Shown: positions 1-9,160 of the stretch, piece by piece
How the letters are laid out: each line of letters begins with the position of its first letter
How positions within the stretch are numbered: the first letter of the stretch is position 1
Assembly: GCA_944329365.1 (NCBI GenBank)
Contig: CALVIC010000001.1
Location: 25,120 to 89,119, forward strand
DNA: 64,000 nucleotides
Direction of reading: 5' to 3'
From: an uncultured Bacilli bacterium
GTDB taxonomy: Bacteria; Bacillota_I; Bacilli_A; RF39; UBA660
The notes under the pieces: generated by a model
Database searches by the model: none
What the model was told of the DNA's origin: nothing
What the model saw: the letters and a program-made list of their open reading frames with translations, nothing else
Translations under genes and position numbers: made by a program

Positions 1-1121
1 CGAAGATTTTAGCCGAAGCAATCAGCGATTATTATAATAATTATAGTAGTAATGCTCATAGAGGCGATTACCAAATGAGTATTAAGGCAAGTTCGATGTA
101 TGAAAGGACTCGTGAACTTACGAGAAGACTTTTAAACGCGGATAATGCTAGTGAAATTGCGTTTACTAGTGGTTCAACTGATTCAATTAACAAGATTGTT
201 TTTGGCTATTTCAGGTATCATTTGAAAAAAGGCGATGAAGTTTTACTTACAAAGAGTGAACATGCTTCAACTTTACTTCCATGGTTTGAACTGGCCGATG
301 AGCTTGGTCTTTCTATTAAATATATTGATCTTGATGATAATCATGAAGTAACTATAGATAATGTTAAAAGAGCGATTACTTCTAAGACTCGGGTTATTTC
401 TATTGCTCACGTCAGTAATGTAATGGGGGATATTAGACCTATTAAGGAGATAAATAAAATAGCCCATGAAAAGGGAATTTTAGTTCTAGTTGATGGGGCT
501 CAAAGTGTGCCACATATGAAGATAGATGTTAAGGATTTAGATATTGATTTCTTAGCTTTTTCCGCTCATAAGATGTGTGGTCCAACTGGAGTTGGAGTTT
601 TGTATGGTAAAAGTGAGCTTTTAAAAGAACTTCGGCCAATTATTTTTGGCGGAGGCATGAATGCGGATTTTAGTACAGATGGGACGAGAATCTATAAAGA
701 GATGCCAGATAAGCTTGAGGCAGGTACACCAAATGTTGCCGGGGTTATCGGTTTTGGATATGTAATTGAATATTTGATGAATATTGGTTTTGATAAGATT
801 CATGAATATGAGAAAGAACTTAAGAAATATGCGGTTTCAAAACTGAAAGAAAACCCTAATATTACGATTTACAATGAAAATAGTGAATCTGCAGTTATAG
901 CTTTTAACTATGAAGGTATTTTCCCACAAGATGTGGCAATTTATCTCGATAAATACAATATTTGTATTAGGGCAGGTAATCATTGTGCGAAGATTTTAAA
1001 AGAAGAGATTCACAAGAAGAATACGTGTAGAGCTAGTTTATATTTTTATAACACTAAAGAGGAGATTGATAAGCTAGCCGAAGTACTTGCAAATCCTAAT
1101 ATTAAAAACGAGATTATTTAA
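1..1121 (+). CDS. sufS: cysteine desulfurase, SufS/Csd-like class V aminotransferase. 5' end lies outside the window; the reading frame is open from base 3.
   Basis: Frame open from the window start (…KILAEAISDYYNNYSSNAHRGDYQMS…, the SufS N-terminal motif). Class V aminotransferase signature FSAHKMCGPTGVGVLYGK containing the PLP lysine. Confidence 0.8.
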   Translation, partial: KILAEAISDYYNNYSSNAHRGDYQMSIKASSMYERTRELTRRLLNADNASEIAFTSGSTDSINKIVFGYFRYHLKKGDEVLLTKSEHASTLLPWFELADELGLSIKYIDLDDNHEVTIDNVKRAITSKTRVISIAHVSNVMGDIRPIKEINKIAHEKGILVLVDGAQSVPHMKIDVKDLDIDFLAFSAHKMCGPTGVGVLYGKSELLKELRPIIFGGGMNADFSTDGTRIYKEMPDKLEAGTPNVAGVIGFGYVIEYLMNIGFDKIHEYEKELKKYAVSKLKENPNITIYNENSESAVIAFNYEGIFPQDVAIYLDKYNICIRAGNHCAKILKEEIHKKNTCRASLYFYNTKEEIDKLAEVLANPNIKNEII

Positions 1122-1208
1122 TTTCGTTTTTTTTATGGATAATTTTTATATTGTATGTTATTATTTATGTAATATTAATTAAAATATTTTATGATGGGAG
1201 AGTTATAT

Positions 1209-2249
1209 ATGGTAAAACCAAGAAAGTTACAAAAAGGCGATACTGTTGCGATTGTAAGTCTTTCAAGTGGAATGGCAGGTGATGATTTATTTAAGCATAG
1301 ATATGAACAAGGTAAAAGAAGACTTGAAGAAGAGTTTGGTTTAAAGGTTGTCACTATGCAAAATGCTTTAAAAGGTAGTGATTATCTTGCAAAACATCCA
1401 GAAGCCCGGGCTGAAGATTTTATGAATGCTATAAAAGATAAAAAAATAAAAGGAATTATATGCAATATTGGTGGGGCTGATACGGTTAGATTACTACCTT
1501 ACATTGATTATGACCTTATAAAAGAAAATCCAAAAGTTTTTATGGGATACTCTGATACAACGGTTAATCATTTTATGATGTATAAAGCTGGAGTTACTTC
1601 ATATTATGGTCCATCGGTGATGGGTGAGTTTGCAGAAAATTATGAAATGCATGATTATACAAAAAAGTATGTTAAAGAAGTGTTATTTCAAAATAAAGAA
1701 AATATTAAAATTTCTTCTAGTCCAGAGTGGACAAGTGAATATTTAGATTGGGCAAATGCTGAATATGATAACGTAAAAAGAAAAATGAATAAGGAAAAAC
1801 ACGGATATGAAGTTTTACAAGGACAAGGTATTTGTGAAGGCGAATTATTGGGTGGATGTTTTGATGTTTTTCCGATGTTTATTGGAACAGATATATGGCC
1901 TAAAAAGGAAGAGTGGAAAAGTAAAATATTGTTTTTAGAAACTAGCGAAGATGAACCAGAACCTGATTATATCGAATATTATTTACGTAATTTAATTGCT
2001 CAAGGTATAATTGATGAGATTAATGGAATTATTGTAGGTAAACCTCAAAATGAAAAATATTATGAAGAATATAAAGAGGTATATAAAAGACTTATTTCTG
2101 AAGAAGCAAACAGGCCTGATTTACCAATTTTATACAATGTTAATATTGGCCATACAGCACCTATGTGCATATTTCCAATGGGACAAAAAGTGAGAGTTGA
2201 TTTAGAAAAAAAAGAAATTGTTTTTCTAGAAAAACCAATGAGTGATTAA
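1209..2249 (+). CDS. LD-carboxypeptidase / S66 peptidase (LdcA/MccF-like)
   Basis: Overall similarity to the S66 family (…GYSDTT… nucleophile region). GGGAG RBS 10 nt upstream of the ATG at 1209. Earlier in-frame ATGs at 1191 and 1194 lack an RBS. Confidence 0.7.
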   Translation: MVKPRKLQKGDTVAIVSLSSGMAGDDLFKHRYEQGKRRLEEEFGLKVVTMQNALKGSDYLAKHPEARAEDFMNAIKDKKIKGIICNIGGADTVRLLPYIDYDLIKENPKVFMGYSDTTVNHFMMYKAGVTSYYGPSVMGEFAENYEMHDYTKKYVKEVLFQNKENIKISSSPEWTSEYLDWANAEYDNVKRKMNKEKHGYEVLQGQGICEGELLGGCFDVFPMFIGTDIWPKKEEWKSKILFLETSEDEPEPDYIEYYLRNLIAQGIIDEINGIIVGKPQNEKYYEEYKEVYKRLISEEANRPDLPILYNVNIGHTAPMCIFPMGQKVRVDLEKKEIVFLEKPMSD

Positions 2250-2353
2250 TTATTGAATTTAAAATAAATGATTTGCTAAAAAAAACTTGTTACAATATGA
2301 TATGAACCGTTTTTTGTTTATAAAGAAAAATTCTATTGTAGAACTAGGAAGAA

Positions 2354-2434
2354 TGTGTTACAATGTATATAGATGAAGGAAACTTCATATAATAAAAAGG
2401 GAGTACTTAAGCATTGCCTAAAGTACTTGCTCAA
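2354..2434 (-). repeat. Composite intergenic repeat, copy 1 (minus orientation). Conserved core is the reverse complement of CCTTTTTTATTATATGAAGTTTCCTTCATCTATATACATTGTAACACA, preceded on the minus strand by the hairpin AGTACTT/AAGTACT.
   Basis: 46/47 nt identical to copy A (50600-50646) in reverse complement. Confidence 0.7.
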
Positions 2435-2763
2435 AAAGTTTTTTTGTTTAAGTACTTAATCTATAAAAGATTGAGTACTATTTTTTTATACATAGAATCA
2501 TTAATGAAACTATTAATAAAATGATGATTATTACTTGAAAAGTAATTAAAAAATCCTTTTTGTTCATAAAACATCAAGTCTCCTTCTATTTGAAGTAGGC
2601 AAGTACTCAAGACAGTTAAAGTATTCCCTAAAGAAAATTATACCAAACATTTGTTTTGTGTGCAAGCACTTTGGACTTTGAAACCAACATGTTTTAAAGT
2701 ATAAATTTATAGCAGTGTCATATAGGTAAGAAAAAATTATTTTAAATTTTTCATTTTTTTATA

Positions 2764-2793
2764 TTGACAAGTGTATGAAAATACACTTATAAT
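2764..2793 (+). promoter_or_regulatory. Sigma-A-type promoter TTGACA-18 nt-TATAAT. The spacer is a perfect 7-4-7 palindrome AGTGTAT-GAAA-ATACACT, a likely operator.
   Basis: TTGACA 2764-2769, palindrome 2770-2787, TATAAT 2788-2793, RBS GATGGTGG, ATG at 2809. Confidence 0.6.
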
Positions 2794-2808
2794 GTAGATG
2801 GTGGTTAT

Positions 2809-3483
2809 ATGGAAGTTAATAATCCAAAATATAGGAATCAAGGTATTCACGTTGTATGTAGTATTTTTACTGTCGACAAAGGAGAGACAAAAGTTTTACT
2901 TATTAGAAGAAAGAATGAACCTTTTAAAGGAATGTGGGCTTTAGTTGGCGGGGCTTTATACAATGATGAAGAGTTAATCGATGGCTTAAAGAGAGAACTT
3001 AAAGAAAAGACTGGAATCGAAAATATTCATTTGGAAATGGCAAATGTTTATAGCAGGATTGATAGATCACCAGTTATGAGAATGGTTGCCATTTCTTATA
3101 TTGGAATAGTTGATAAGAATAAGCTTTCAATTTTAAAAGAGACTTTAAAAACTGTTGATTGTGATTGGTTTCCTTTAGATAGAATTCCGAAACTTGCTTA
3201 TGATCACAATGAAATATTAGAGGATGCGGCAAAGTTACTAAAAGAGAGAATAAAAAAGACAGATATGCTTAGGTATTTATATCCATCTGGATTTACAATG
3301 CCGGAGATTCAAAAGGTTTATGAAAGTATTTTAGGTGTTAGCTTTGATAGAAGAAATTTTAGAAAAAAATTACTTAGTTTAGGTTTTATAAAAGAGACTA
3401 ATAAAACAGAAAGGTTTGAGGGAAAGAAACCCGCTAAGATATATGAGTTTAAAAAACAAAATGAGATAAAAAGTATTTTTTAA
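2809..3483 (+). CDS. NrtR-like transcriptional regulator: N-terminal Nudix domain with a degenerate Nudix box, plus a C-terminal winged-helix domain
   Basis: Nudix fold with box G-x5-E-x7-RELKEKTGI, where the second catalytic Glu is replaced by Lys. The C-terminal part of about 70 aa is basic and helical, the typical architecture of ADP-ribose-sensing NrtR regulators. Confidence 0.6.
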   Translation: MEVNNPKYRNQGIHVVCSIFTVDKGETKVLLIRRKNEPFKGMWALVGGALYNDEELIDGLKRELKEKTGIENIHLEMANVYSRIDRSPVMRMVAISYIGIVDKNKLSILKETLKTVDCDWFPLDRIPKLAYDHNEILEDAAKLLKERIKKTDMLRYLYPSGFTMPEIQKVYESILGVSFDRRNFRKKLLSLGFIKETNKTERFEGKKPAKIYEFKKQNEIKSIF

Positions 3484-3538
3484 CTTTTTTATTCCAGCGT
3501 GAAGTGTAACTTTGTACACATGTATTAAGGAGGATAAA

Positions 3539-4048
3539 ATGTTTGTAGTAGTTAAAAAGAATAGTGATTCCTTAAATATGTTTAAGAGAAAATTTAATGA
3601 TAATTTTAAAGTCTGTGGTGATGTACTTTTAGCTGGTTATGATTATGATATTTATAAGGATGATGATTTAACTTTAGTAATAGATTATGATAGTGAAGAT
3701 TTAAAATTACTAAAATATACGATTATGGAAGGAGCTTGTGAATATAAATTTTGTGATGTAGTACTAAGGTTAAAAAATAAATATGGAAATGATTTTCTAG
3801 GGAAGCTTTCTCGTTATATGAGGTTTTCGGCTGTTATAAGTGATGGGAAACTTTCAGGAGCGGTGTTTACAGAAGGAAATGTTGATTTTAAACTTTTGTA
3901 TAGTAAAGTAGGAAATATGGAAATCTTTTCTGATAGTGAAGATTTAATGAATTATACTGTAAGTGGTTTTAATGATATAATTAAAGTAAATTTTGTTCCT
4001 AATTTTGGAAAAATTGAAAACGGGAAAGTAAAGTCTTTAATTAGATAA
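3539..4048 (+). CDS. hypothetical protein, paralog A of a tandem pair (about 170 aa)
   Basis: AAGGAGG RBS. Shares blocks with the next ORF: M-F-VV-K/R-N, FKV, GYDYD/GWDYD, LV-I-Y, KLS-YM-FSA-v. Confidence 0.6.
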   Translation: MFVVVKKNSDSLNMFKRKFNDNFKVCGDVLLAGYDYDIYKDDDLTLVIDYDSEDLKLLKYTIMEGACEYKFCDVVLRLKNKYGNDFLGKLSRYMRFSAVISDGKLSGAVFTEGNVDFKLLYSKVGNMEIFSDSEDLMNYTVSGFNDIIKVNFVPNFGKIENGKVKSLIR

Positions 4049-4102
4049 TTTTTGTTCTTTAATAAAGTGTAATTTTATACACATAAAACAGAAGAAGAAA
4101 AA

Positions 4103-4624
4103 ATGTTTGCAGTGGTTAGAAGAAATGATTATAGTAAGGAAATCATAAGAAAAAAATTTCGTTATGGAAGATTACAAGATGAGTTTAAAGTTTATGACGA
4201 TATATATGTTTATGGATGGGATTATGATGTTTATGAAATTGATAAGACATTAGTAGTGATTAGTTATAATAGAGATTTATTTTATCTAAAATATGGTAAG
4301 TATGGTGATAGTTCTCGCAGGATTATCAAAAAAATTATTTCAAAAGATAGTGAACTTGGTTTGTTAAAACTTAGTAAATATATGAATTTTTCAGCGGCAG
4401 TTTTAAAAGATAAGTTACTTTGGGGATATTCATACGGAAAAGTTAATGATCATGGATGGCCAGATCTTTGTTATTGTAACTTAGGTGGTAAGGCGGAGAT
4501 GTATGCGGATAATATAGGTTTAACTACAGAATTTTTAGGTAAAGATGATAAATTAGTTTATTTATATAGTAAAAACGGTTTAAATATATATGAAAAAGGT
4601 AAACATAAAGTTTTAAAAAAATAA
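4103..4624 (+). CDS. hypothetical protein, paralog B of the tandem pair
   Basis: Same conserved blocks as 3539..4048 and a similar size. Confidence 0.6.
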   Translation: MFAVVRRNDYSKEIIRKKFRYGRLQDEFKVYDDIYVYGWDYDVYEIDKTLVVISYNRDLFYLKYGKYGDSSRRIIKKIISKDSELGLLKLSKYMNFSAAVLKDKLLWGYSYGKVNDHGWPDLCYCNLGGKAEMYADNIGLTTEFLGKDDKLVYLYSKNGLNIYEKGKHKVLKK

Positions 4625-4642
4625 TTAGAAAGGAAATTAAAA

Positions 4643-5755
4643 ATGAGTTTAGAAAGACAACAAGGTATTATAGATGGAATTAATAAAATAATTTTAGAAG
4701 TTGTTGACGATGCTGCTAAAGAATATGCAAACGATGCTTTTGCTAAAGTGATAAGTGATGAAGAGACTTTGAAAAAAATGATGGATATGTTAAAAAATAA
4801 ACTTTCAGATAAAGTTTCCACAGAACTGGACAGAAAAGTAACTGATTATATTAATAGTAATAATATAGCTTCGAGGTTAACAGATACTGTAATAAATAAA
4901 CTTAAAGATTATGGCTCAGGAACTGTCCCTCTAGTAAAAATTGTTAAGCTCAACGATACGGAGATTGGAAGAAGTGGAAAAGAATATTTTCATAAATCAT
5001 TTGATTCTATTCTTTCTTGTGTATCGTTAGATGATCCGGTTATGTTAGTTGGCCCAGCTGGAAGTGGAAAAAATATAGCAGTTTCCCAAGTGGCAGAAGT
5101 TCTTGGATTAGATTTATATTATACGAATAATGTTTCGAATGAATTTAAACTTACTGGTTTTATAGATGCTGGCGGAAGATATCAAGAAACAGAGTTTTAT
5201 AAAGCATTTAAAAATGGGGGATTATTTTTCTTAGATGAAATTGATGCTTCAGACCCTTCTTCTTTAGTAGTAATAAATTCAGCTTTGGCAAATGATTATA
5301 TGGCTTTTCCGAATGCAACTATCGACAAAAATCCGAAATTTAAATTTATATGTGCGGCTAATACTTTTGGCAAAGGTGGGAATTTGGAATATATTGGAAG
5401 AAATATTTTAGATGCAGCAACTTTAGATAGGTTTGATACAATTTATTTTGATTATGATAGAGATTTAGAGAGGGCGTTATATCCAAATGATGATGTTTTG
5501 AATTTTATGTGGACTTTTAGAGAGGCGGCTGATAATTTGAATATTCATCATATTGTTTCAACAAGGTCAATAGGTAAAGTTTATAAAAAGTATATAAATA
5601 AAATTCCTTGTGAAGAAATATTACTTAGTAATGTAATTAAAGATTTAGGAGAAGATGATTTAGAAATGATGATAGGCAAGATGAGGGAGTTACATAGTTA
5701 TATTGAGTATAATGATTTTTATAAAAAAATTAAAACGCTTAAGTTAGGAAGATAA
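4643..5755 (+). CDS. MoxR/CbbQ/CobS-like AAA+ ATPase (AAA_5 type) with an unusual Walker A, GPAGSGKN
   Basis: Walker A GPAGSGKN (Asn at the Ser/Thr position). Walker B LFFLDEID. Sensor-1 FICAANT. MoxR-type arginine-finger motif ATLDRFD. N-terminal extension of about 140 aa. Confidence 0.7.
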   Translation: MSLERQQGIIDGINKIILEVVDDAAKEYANDAFAKVISDEETLKKMMDMLKNKLSDKVSTELDRKVTDYINSNNIASRLTDTVINKLKDYGSGTVPLVKIVKLNDTEIGRSGKEYFHKSFDSILSCVSLDDPVMLVGPAGSGKNIAVSQVAEVLGLDLYYTNNVSNEFKLTGFIDAGGRYQETEFYKAFKNGGLFFLDEIDASDPSSLVVINSALANDYMAFPNATIDKNPKFKFICAANTFGKGGNLEYIGRNILDAATLDRFDTIYFDYDRDLERALYPNDDVLNFMWTFREAADNLNIHHIVSTRSIGKVYKKYINKIPCEEILLSNVIKDLGEDDLEMMIGKMRELHSYIEYNDFYKKIKTLKLGR

Positions 5756-5783
5756 TACGTATAAATTTGATAAGAAAAATTTT

Positions 5784-6638
5784 ATGATGTTTTACGAATT
5801 TAATTCAATTAATGAATTTTGCAGGTTTATTTTAAATACACCAATTAATTATAGTGTTTTTTCTGAACCGGCAAGTGTTGTTGATTATGAAGAATTTACA
5901 GGGACAAAAAATTTTGAGGAAGCAATTAATCTTTTAAAATACGGAGATAGCTATCAGATTGAAAATTTTAGGTTTTTAAAGAAAAATTTTGATAATCTTT
6001 TGAATAGTAAAATTAATAGAAATCAGGAATTTAATTATTATATAGGTTATGCTCCAAATGTAAAAGCATATTTAGAGGGAAGTCCGCTTAATATGCTTTA
6101 CAAAGAAAGAAGAAAAGAAACAAAAGTTTTAGATATTTATTTTAATTGTTCATGTAGTGCGAAGACAGATATTTTAGCAATTTACAATAGGGGAGCAATT
6201 ACACTTTCTTTTATAGATTATTTGGAACGGATTGGTTATTTTGTTTCTCTTCATTTAACGGAAATGAGTTATGCTTCTCAGGAAAAATTTTATGTAGAGT
6301 TTAATTTGAAAAACTACGGGATGAGGGTAAATATATCAAAGCTTTGTTTTCCGATGTGTCATTCATCATTTCTCCGAAGATGCATTTTTAGACTTCAAGA
6401 AGTTACACCTGATATAACAGAAAAATGGAGATTTGGTTATGGACGTCCTTGTGAGAAAAAAATGATGGATGGATGGCTTAGTGATATTTTTAAGATTAAA
6501 GATAATTATATTATAATTCCAACGCCGCAAGAAATGGGAATAGAAGGAAAAGATATTCAAAGTGACGCTAAAAATTTCTTTAATTATATAGGAAAATATT
6601 ACGATGACCTAACATATCAAAAGGTTAAAAGTAAATAA
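5784..6638 (+). CDS. hypothetical protein, possible partner of the AAA+ ATPase. Contains a degenerate MIDAS-like motif VLDIYFNCSCS and a Cys/His-rich C-terminal part.
   Basis: Co-oriented, 29-bp gap after the ATPase. No recognisable family from sequence alone. Confidence 0.45.
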   Translation: MMFYEFNSINEFCRFILNTPINYSVFSEPASVVDYEEFTGTKNFEEAINLLKYGDSYQIENFRFLKKNFDNLLNSKINRNQEFNYYIGYAPNVKAYLEGSPLNMLYKERRKETKVLDIYFNCSCSAKTDILAIYNRGAITLSFIDYLERIGYFVSLHLTEMSYASQEKFYVEFNLKNYGMRVNISKLCFPMCHSSFLRRCIFRLQEVTPDITEKWRFGYGRPCEKKMMDGWLSDIFKIKDNYIIIPTPQEMGIEGKDIQSDAKNFFNYIGKYYDDLTYQKVKSK

Positions 6639-6724
6639 TTTTCTTTTTAAAGTTGAAGTTTTAGTATTTAAAGAAAAACAAAAGGGACGGTTTAACATTA
6701 TATATTTAGAGAGGAGAATGATAT

Positions 6725-7702
6725 ATGTCAAAATTTAGGTCGTTAACAGAAAATGAAATGAAAGAAATGTCAAAGTATGGGTTTGGAAAGATACCAAAGG
6801 TTACTGATTTTGCTATTTTATCTGGTATTTCAGGCAATTATTTGACAAAAGAAGAATATGATGATTTGGATAGAAGAAGAGAGAAAGATAGGTATCGTTG
6901 GTTACTTTCTTCTGATATTTGTGTTTATCATAGCTATGTTAATGATAAAGGTGAAGTTTTGGAATGGGGCCTTAGTCATTCTTTTCCAGCAGCGGTTGAT
7001 AGAAAGGGCAATATTACTTATGCTATATGTAATGAACCTGGTTACGGAATACGTCCGGTTACTGTTTTGAATGAGGATATTGCGATAGGTGCTAATATTA
7101 TTGACGAAAATATTATGGAAAATGAGAAATTTTTGGTTTTACAATATGGAGAATATATTAGAGATGTAGTAGATGAAGATTTAAACTATTATTTAGATAA
7201 GGAGTTAGATGAAGGAAATATTTTTAAAACTTCTAAAGAATATTATCCATATTGGCGTTATTATGATGAAAAAGAATCCTATTTTAGAAAAAGCACAAAT
7301 AAAAATTTTCAAGAGTATTTATTTAATGGGAAAAAATTTGTAGTTGTTAGAACAAATAAGAACAGTTTGAATATCGGTAATAAATTACATGATGATAGAA
7401 GAATAGAACCTGATAAATCTTATTGGTTAATGGTTGAGCCTATTCAATGGACACTTTATACGGATAATAATTTGATGGTTGCTGATGAGGTTTTACTTTG
7501 TGGTGAAGATAGTAGAGATTGTTTTGGTCATTCTCCATATAGACCTAGATATGATTTTGAGAATAGTGGTAATATGAAGATGGATAATTATTTAAATAAA
7601 GTGTTTGCAAAAGATATTATTCCTAGTAATTCTTTATATAAAAAAGAATTCCCTAGGGATAGAGATAGTTATAAAAAATTAGTTAAGCTTTTAAATAATT
7701 AG
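6725..7702 (+). CDS. hypothetical protein (325 aa, no signal peptide)
   Basis: Long intact ORF in the same operon orientation. Terminator-like hairpin at about 7723-7760. Confidence 0.5.
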   Translation: MSKFRSLTENEMKEMSKYGFGKIPKVTDFAILSGISGNYLTKEEYDDLDRRREKDRYRWLLSSDICVYHSYVNDKGEVLEWGLSHSFPAAVDRKGNITYAICNEPGYGIRPVTVLNEDIAIGANIIDENIMENEKFLVLQYGEYIRDVVDEDLNYYLDKELDEGNIFKTSKEYYPYWRYYDEKESYFRKSTNKNFQEYLFNGKKFVVVRTNKNSLNIGNKLHDDRRIEPDKSYWLMVEPIQWTLYTDNNLMVADEVLLCGEDSRDCFGHSPYRPRYDFENSGNMKMDNYLNKVFAKDIIPSNSLYKKEFPRDRDSYKKLVKLLNN

Positions 7703-7806
7703 ATATAAAAATTTTTAGAAAAAATATGAAGATGGATTTTTAGAAGATTCATCTTTTTATAATGCTTTAATAGAACAAAAAATAATTTTCTTTTTTTAAT
7801 TTTATA

Positions 7807-7859
7807 TTGACACGGTGTCAGAAGAGATATATAACGAGAATGTAATTGACATAATGTCA
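7807..7859 (+). promoter_or_regulatory. Promoter TTGACA-17 nt-TATAAC with two operator-like palindromes: TGACAC-G-GTGTCA (7808-7820) and TGACAT-A-ATGTCA (7847-7859)
   Basis: Perfect 6-1-6 inverted repeats overlapping the -35 box and lying between the -10 box and the RBS of the TetR-family gene. Confidence 0.55.
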
Positions 7860-7871
7860 GGAGATGATTAA

Positions 7872-8474
7872 ATGCACAATGACTTAAGAAAAAATGAAAT
7901 AGTAAATGCTTGTATGAAATTATATGACAAGTATCAGTTTAAAGATATTACGATGAAATTAATTAGTGAGGAAACATCTTTTTCAAGGCCTTCAATTTAC
8001 AATTGTTTTGAAACAAAGGAAGAGATATTTTTAGCTTTATTTGCCAAGGAATATGATGAATGGAGTGATGAGGTTAAAAGTATTTATGATGAAAACGATG
8101 TTCTTTCAAAAGATGAATTTGCGAGAAAGCTTGCTTATTCAATGAAAGATAGAGAAAGGCTTTTAAAATTACTTTCCATGAATATGTATGATTTAGAAGA
8201 AAATAGTAGAATGGAAAGGCTTGTTGAGTTTAAAAAATCATATAAGGAAGCTGTTCATTCAGTGAAGATGTGTTTAGAAAAGTTTTTCCCAGAAATGAGT
8301 GAGGAGAATATTACTGAATTTTTATATTCGTTTTTCCCATTTATGTTTGGCATATATCCTTATACAGTAGTTACAGATAAGCAAAGAGCGGCAATGGAAA
8401 AGGCAGAAGTTAATTATAAATATTATTCTATTTATGATATGGCTTATATGGGAATTAGAAAGTTACTCGGGTGA
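7872..8474 (+). CDS. TetR/AcrR-family transcriptional regulator
   Basis: N-terminal HTH ITMKLISEETSFSRPSIYNCFETKEEIF. Size about 200 aa. Confidence 0.8.
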   Translation: MHNDLRKNEIVNACMKLYDKYQFKDITMKLISEETSFSRPSIYNCFETKEEIFLALFAKEYDEWSDEVKSIYDENDVLSKDEFARKLAYSMKDRERLLKLLSMNMYDLEENSRMERLVEFKKSYKEAVHSVKMCLEKFFPEMSEENITEFLYSFFPFMFGIYPYTVVTDKQRAAMEKAEVNYKYYSIYDMAYMGIRKLLG

Positions 8475-8477
8475 TTT

Positions 8478-8924
8478 ATGAAAAAGATAATATTTATAGT
8501 TTTAGGAATAATTTTATTAATATTTTTAATTTTTGTTTATGCTAGTTTTAAAAATAATAAAGAAGAAGTGGAGGACGAGATGATAATAAGAGTTAGTTCA
8601 GGCGATAATGTTATTACATTTGAACTCAATGATAGCAAGGCGGCTAAAGATTTGTACAGTCAGTTACCACTTGATTTAGAAGTTTCTGATTTTAGTACAA
8701 ATGAAAAAGTTTTTTATCCAGAAAAGTTAGATGCTTCAGATGCCCCATTTGCAAAAGGTGGTAAAGGAGTATTTGCTTATTATGAACCTTGGGGTGATGT
8801 TGTAATGTTTTATGATGATTTTAGTTCAAATAATGATTTGTATGAACTCGGAAAAGTAATTGATGGCGTGGATATGATTGAAAATTTAAGTGGTAATATT
8901 GTAATAGAAAAGGTAGAAGGGTAG
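8478..8924 (+). CDS. membrane-anchored cyclophilin-like fold protein (PF04126-like)
   Basis: N-terminal TM helix followed by a motif pattern (VFYPEKLDA…YYEPWGDVVMFYDDF) typical of the cyclophilin-like family. The gene starts 4 bp after the TetR gene. Confidence 0.55.
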   Translation: MKKIIFIVLGIILLIFLIFVYASFKNNKEEVEDEMIIRVSSGDNVITFELNDSKAAKDLYSQLPLDLEVSDFSTNEKVFYPEKLDASDAPFAKGGKGVFAYYEPWGDVVMFYDDFSSNNDLYELGKVIDGVDMIENLSGNIVIEKVEG

Positions 8925-8932
8925 GAGATATT

Positions 8933-9064
8933 ATGATTACAAAGAAAGCTTTAGAAAATCACGATTCAATTTTTGAAGGGGTTAAATATGCCCCAGCTGG
9001 CGGAACTAAAGAGATAAAAGAGGCGATAGAAAGGATGAATATAAATGAAGACGAGCTTTTATAA
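8933..9064 (+). CDS. small hypothetical protein (43 aa)
   Basis: AGGAG RBS 6 nt upstream of the ATG. Not in the ORF track because it is below the length cut-off. Confidence 0.3.
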   Translation: MITKKALENHDSIFEGVKYAPAGGTKEIKEAIERMNINEDELL

Positions 9065-9160
9065 GAATATTGTAAATATGATAAACGAGACTAAATAGTT
9101 TCGCTTTTTTATTTAAAATTTGTATATTTTGGAATTTTACTATATAATTATGGTGTGGTG

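Noticed and set aside
273-803. Minus-strand ORFs 273..467 and 621..803 inside the sufS coding region
   Set aside because: They fully overlap a well-supported + strand gene, have no RBS and are low-complexity. These are typical antisense shadow ORFs of AT-rich DNA. The same applies to 4558..4821(-), 6366..6560(-), 6858..7070(+), 10499..10726(-), 10571..10783(+), 12739..12930(-), 14583..14774(-), 16054..16395(-), 16724..17011(-), 18261..18443(-), 20178..20381(-), 20973..21155(-), 25630..25836(-), 26817..27023(-), 28420..28611(-), 34298..34543(+), 35547..35732(-), 42919..43263(-), 51095..51406(-), 52138..52350(-), 53038..53316(-), 56795..57058(-) and 57288..57488(-).
2270-2350. Two TGTTACAAT elements (2279-2288, 2356-2364) as promoters of a gene
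   Set aside because: They look like extended -10 boxes, but the second one is part of the inverted repeat core and no downstream ORF in the right orientation follows. They are left uninterpreted.
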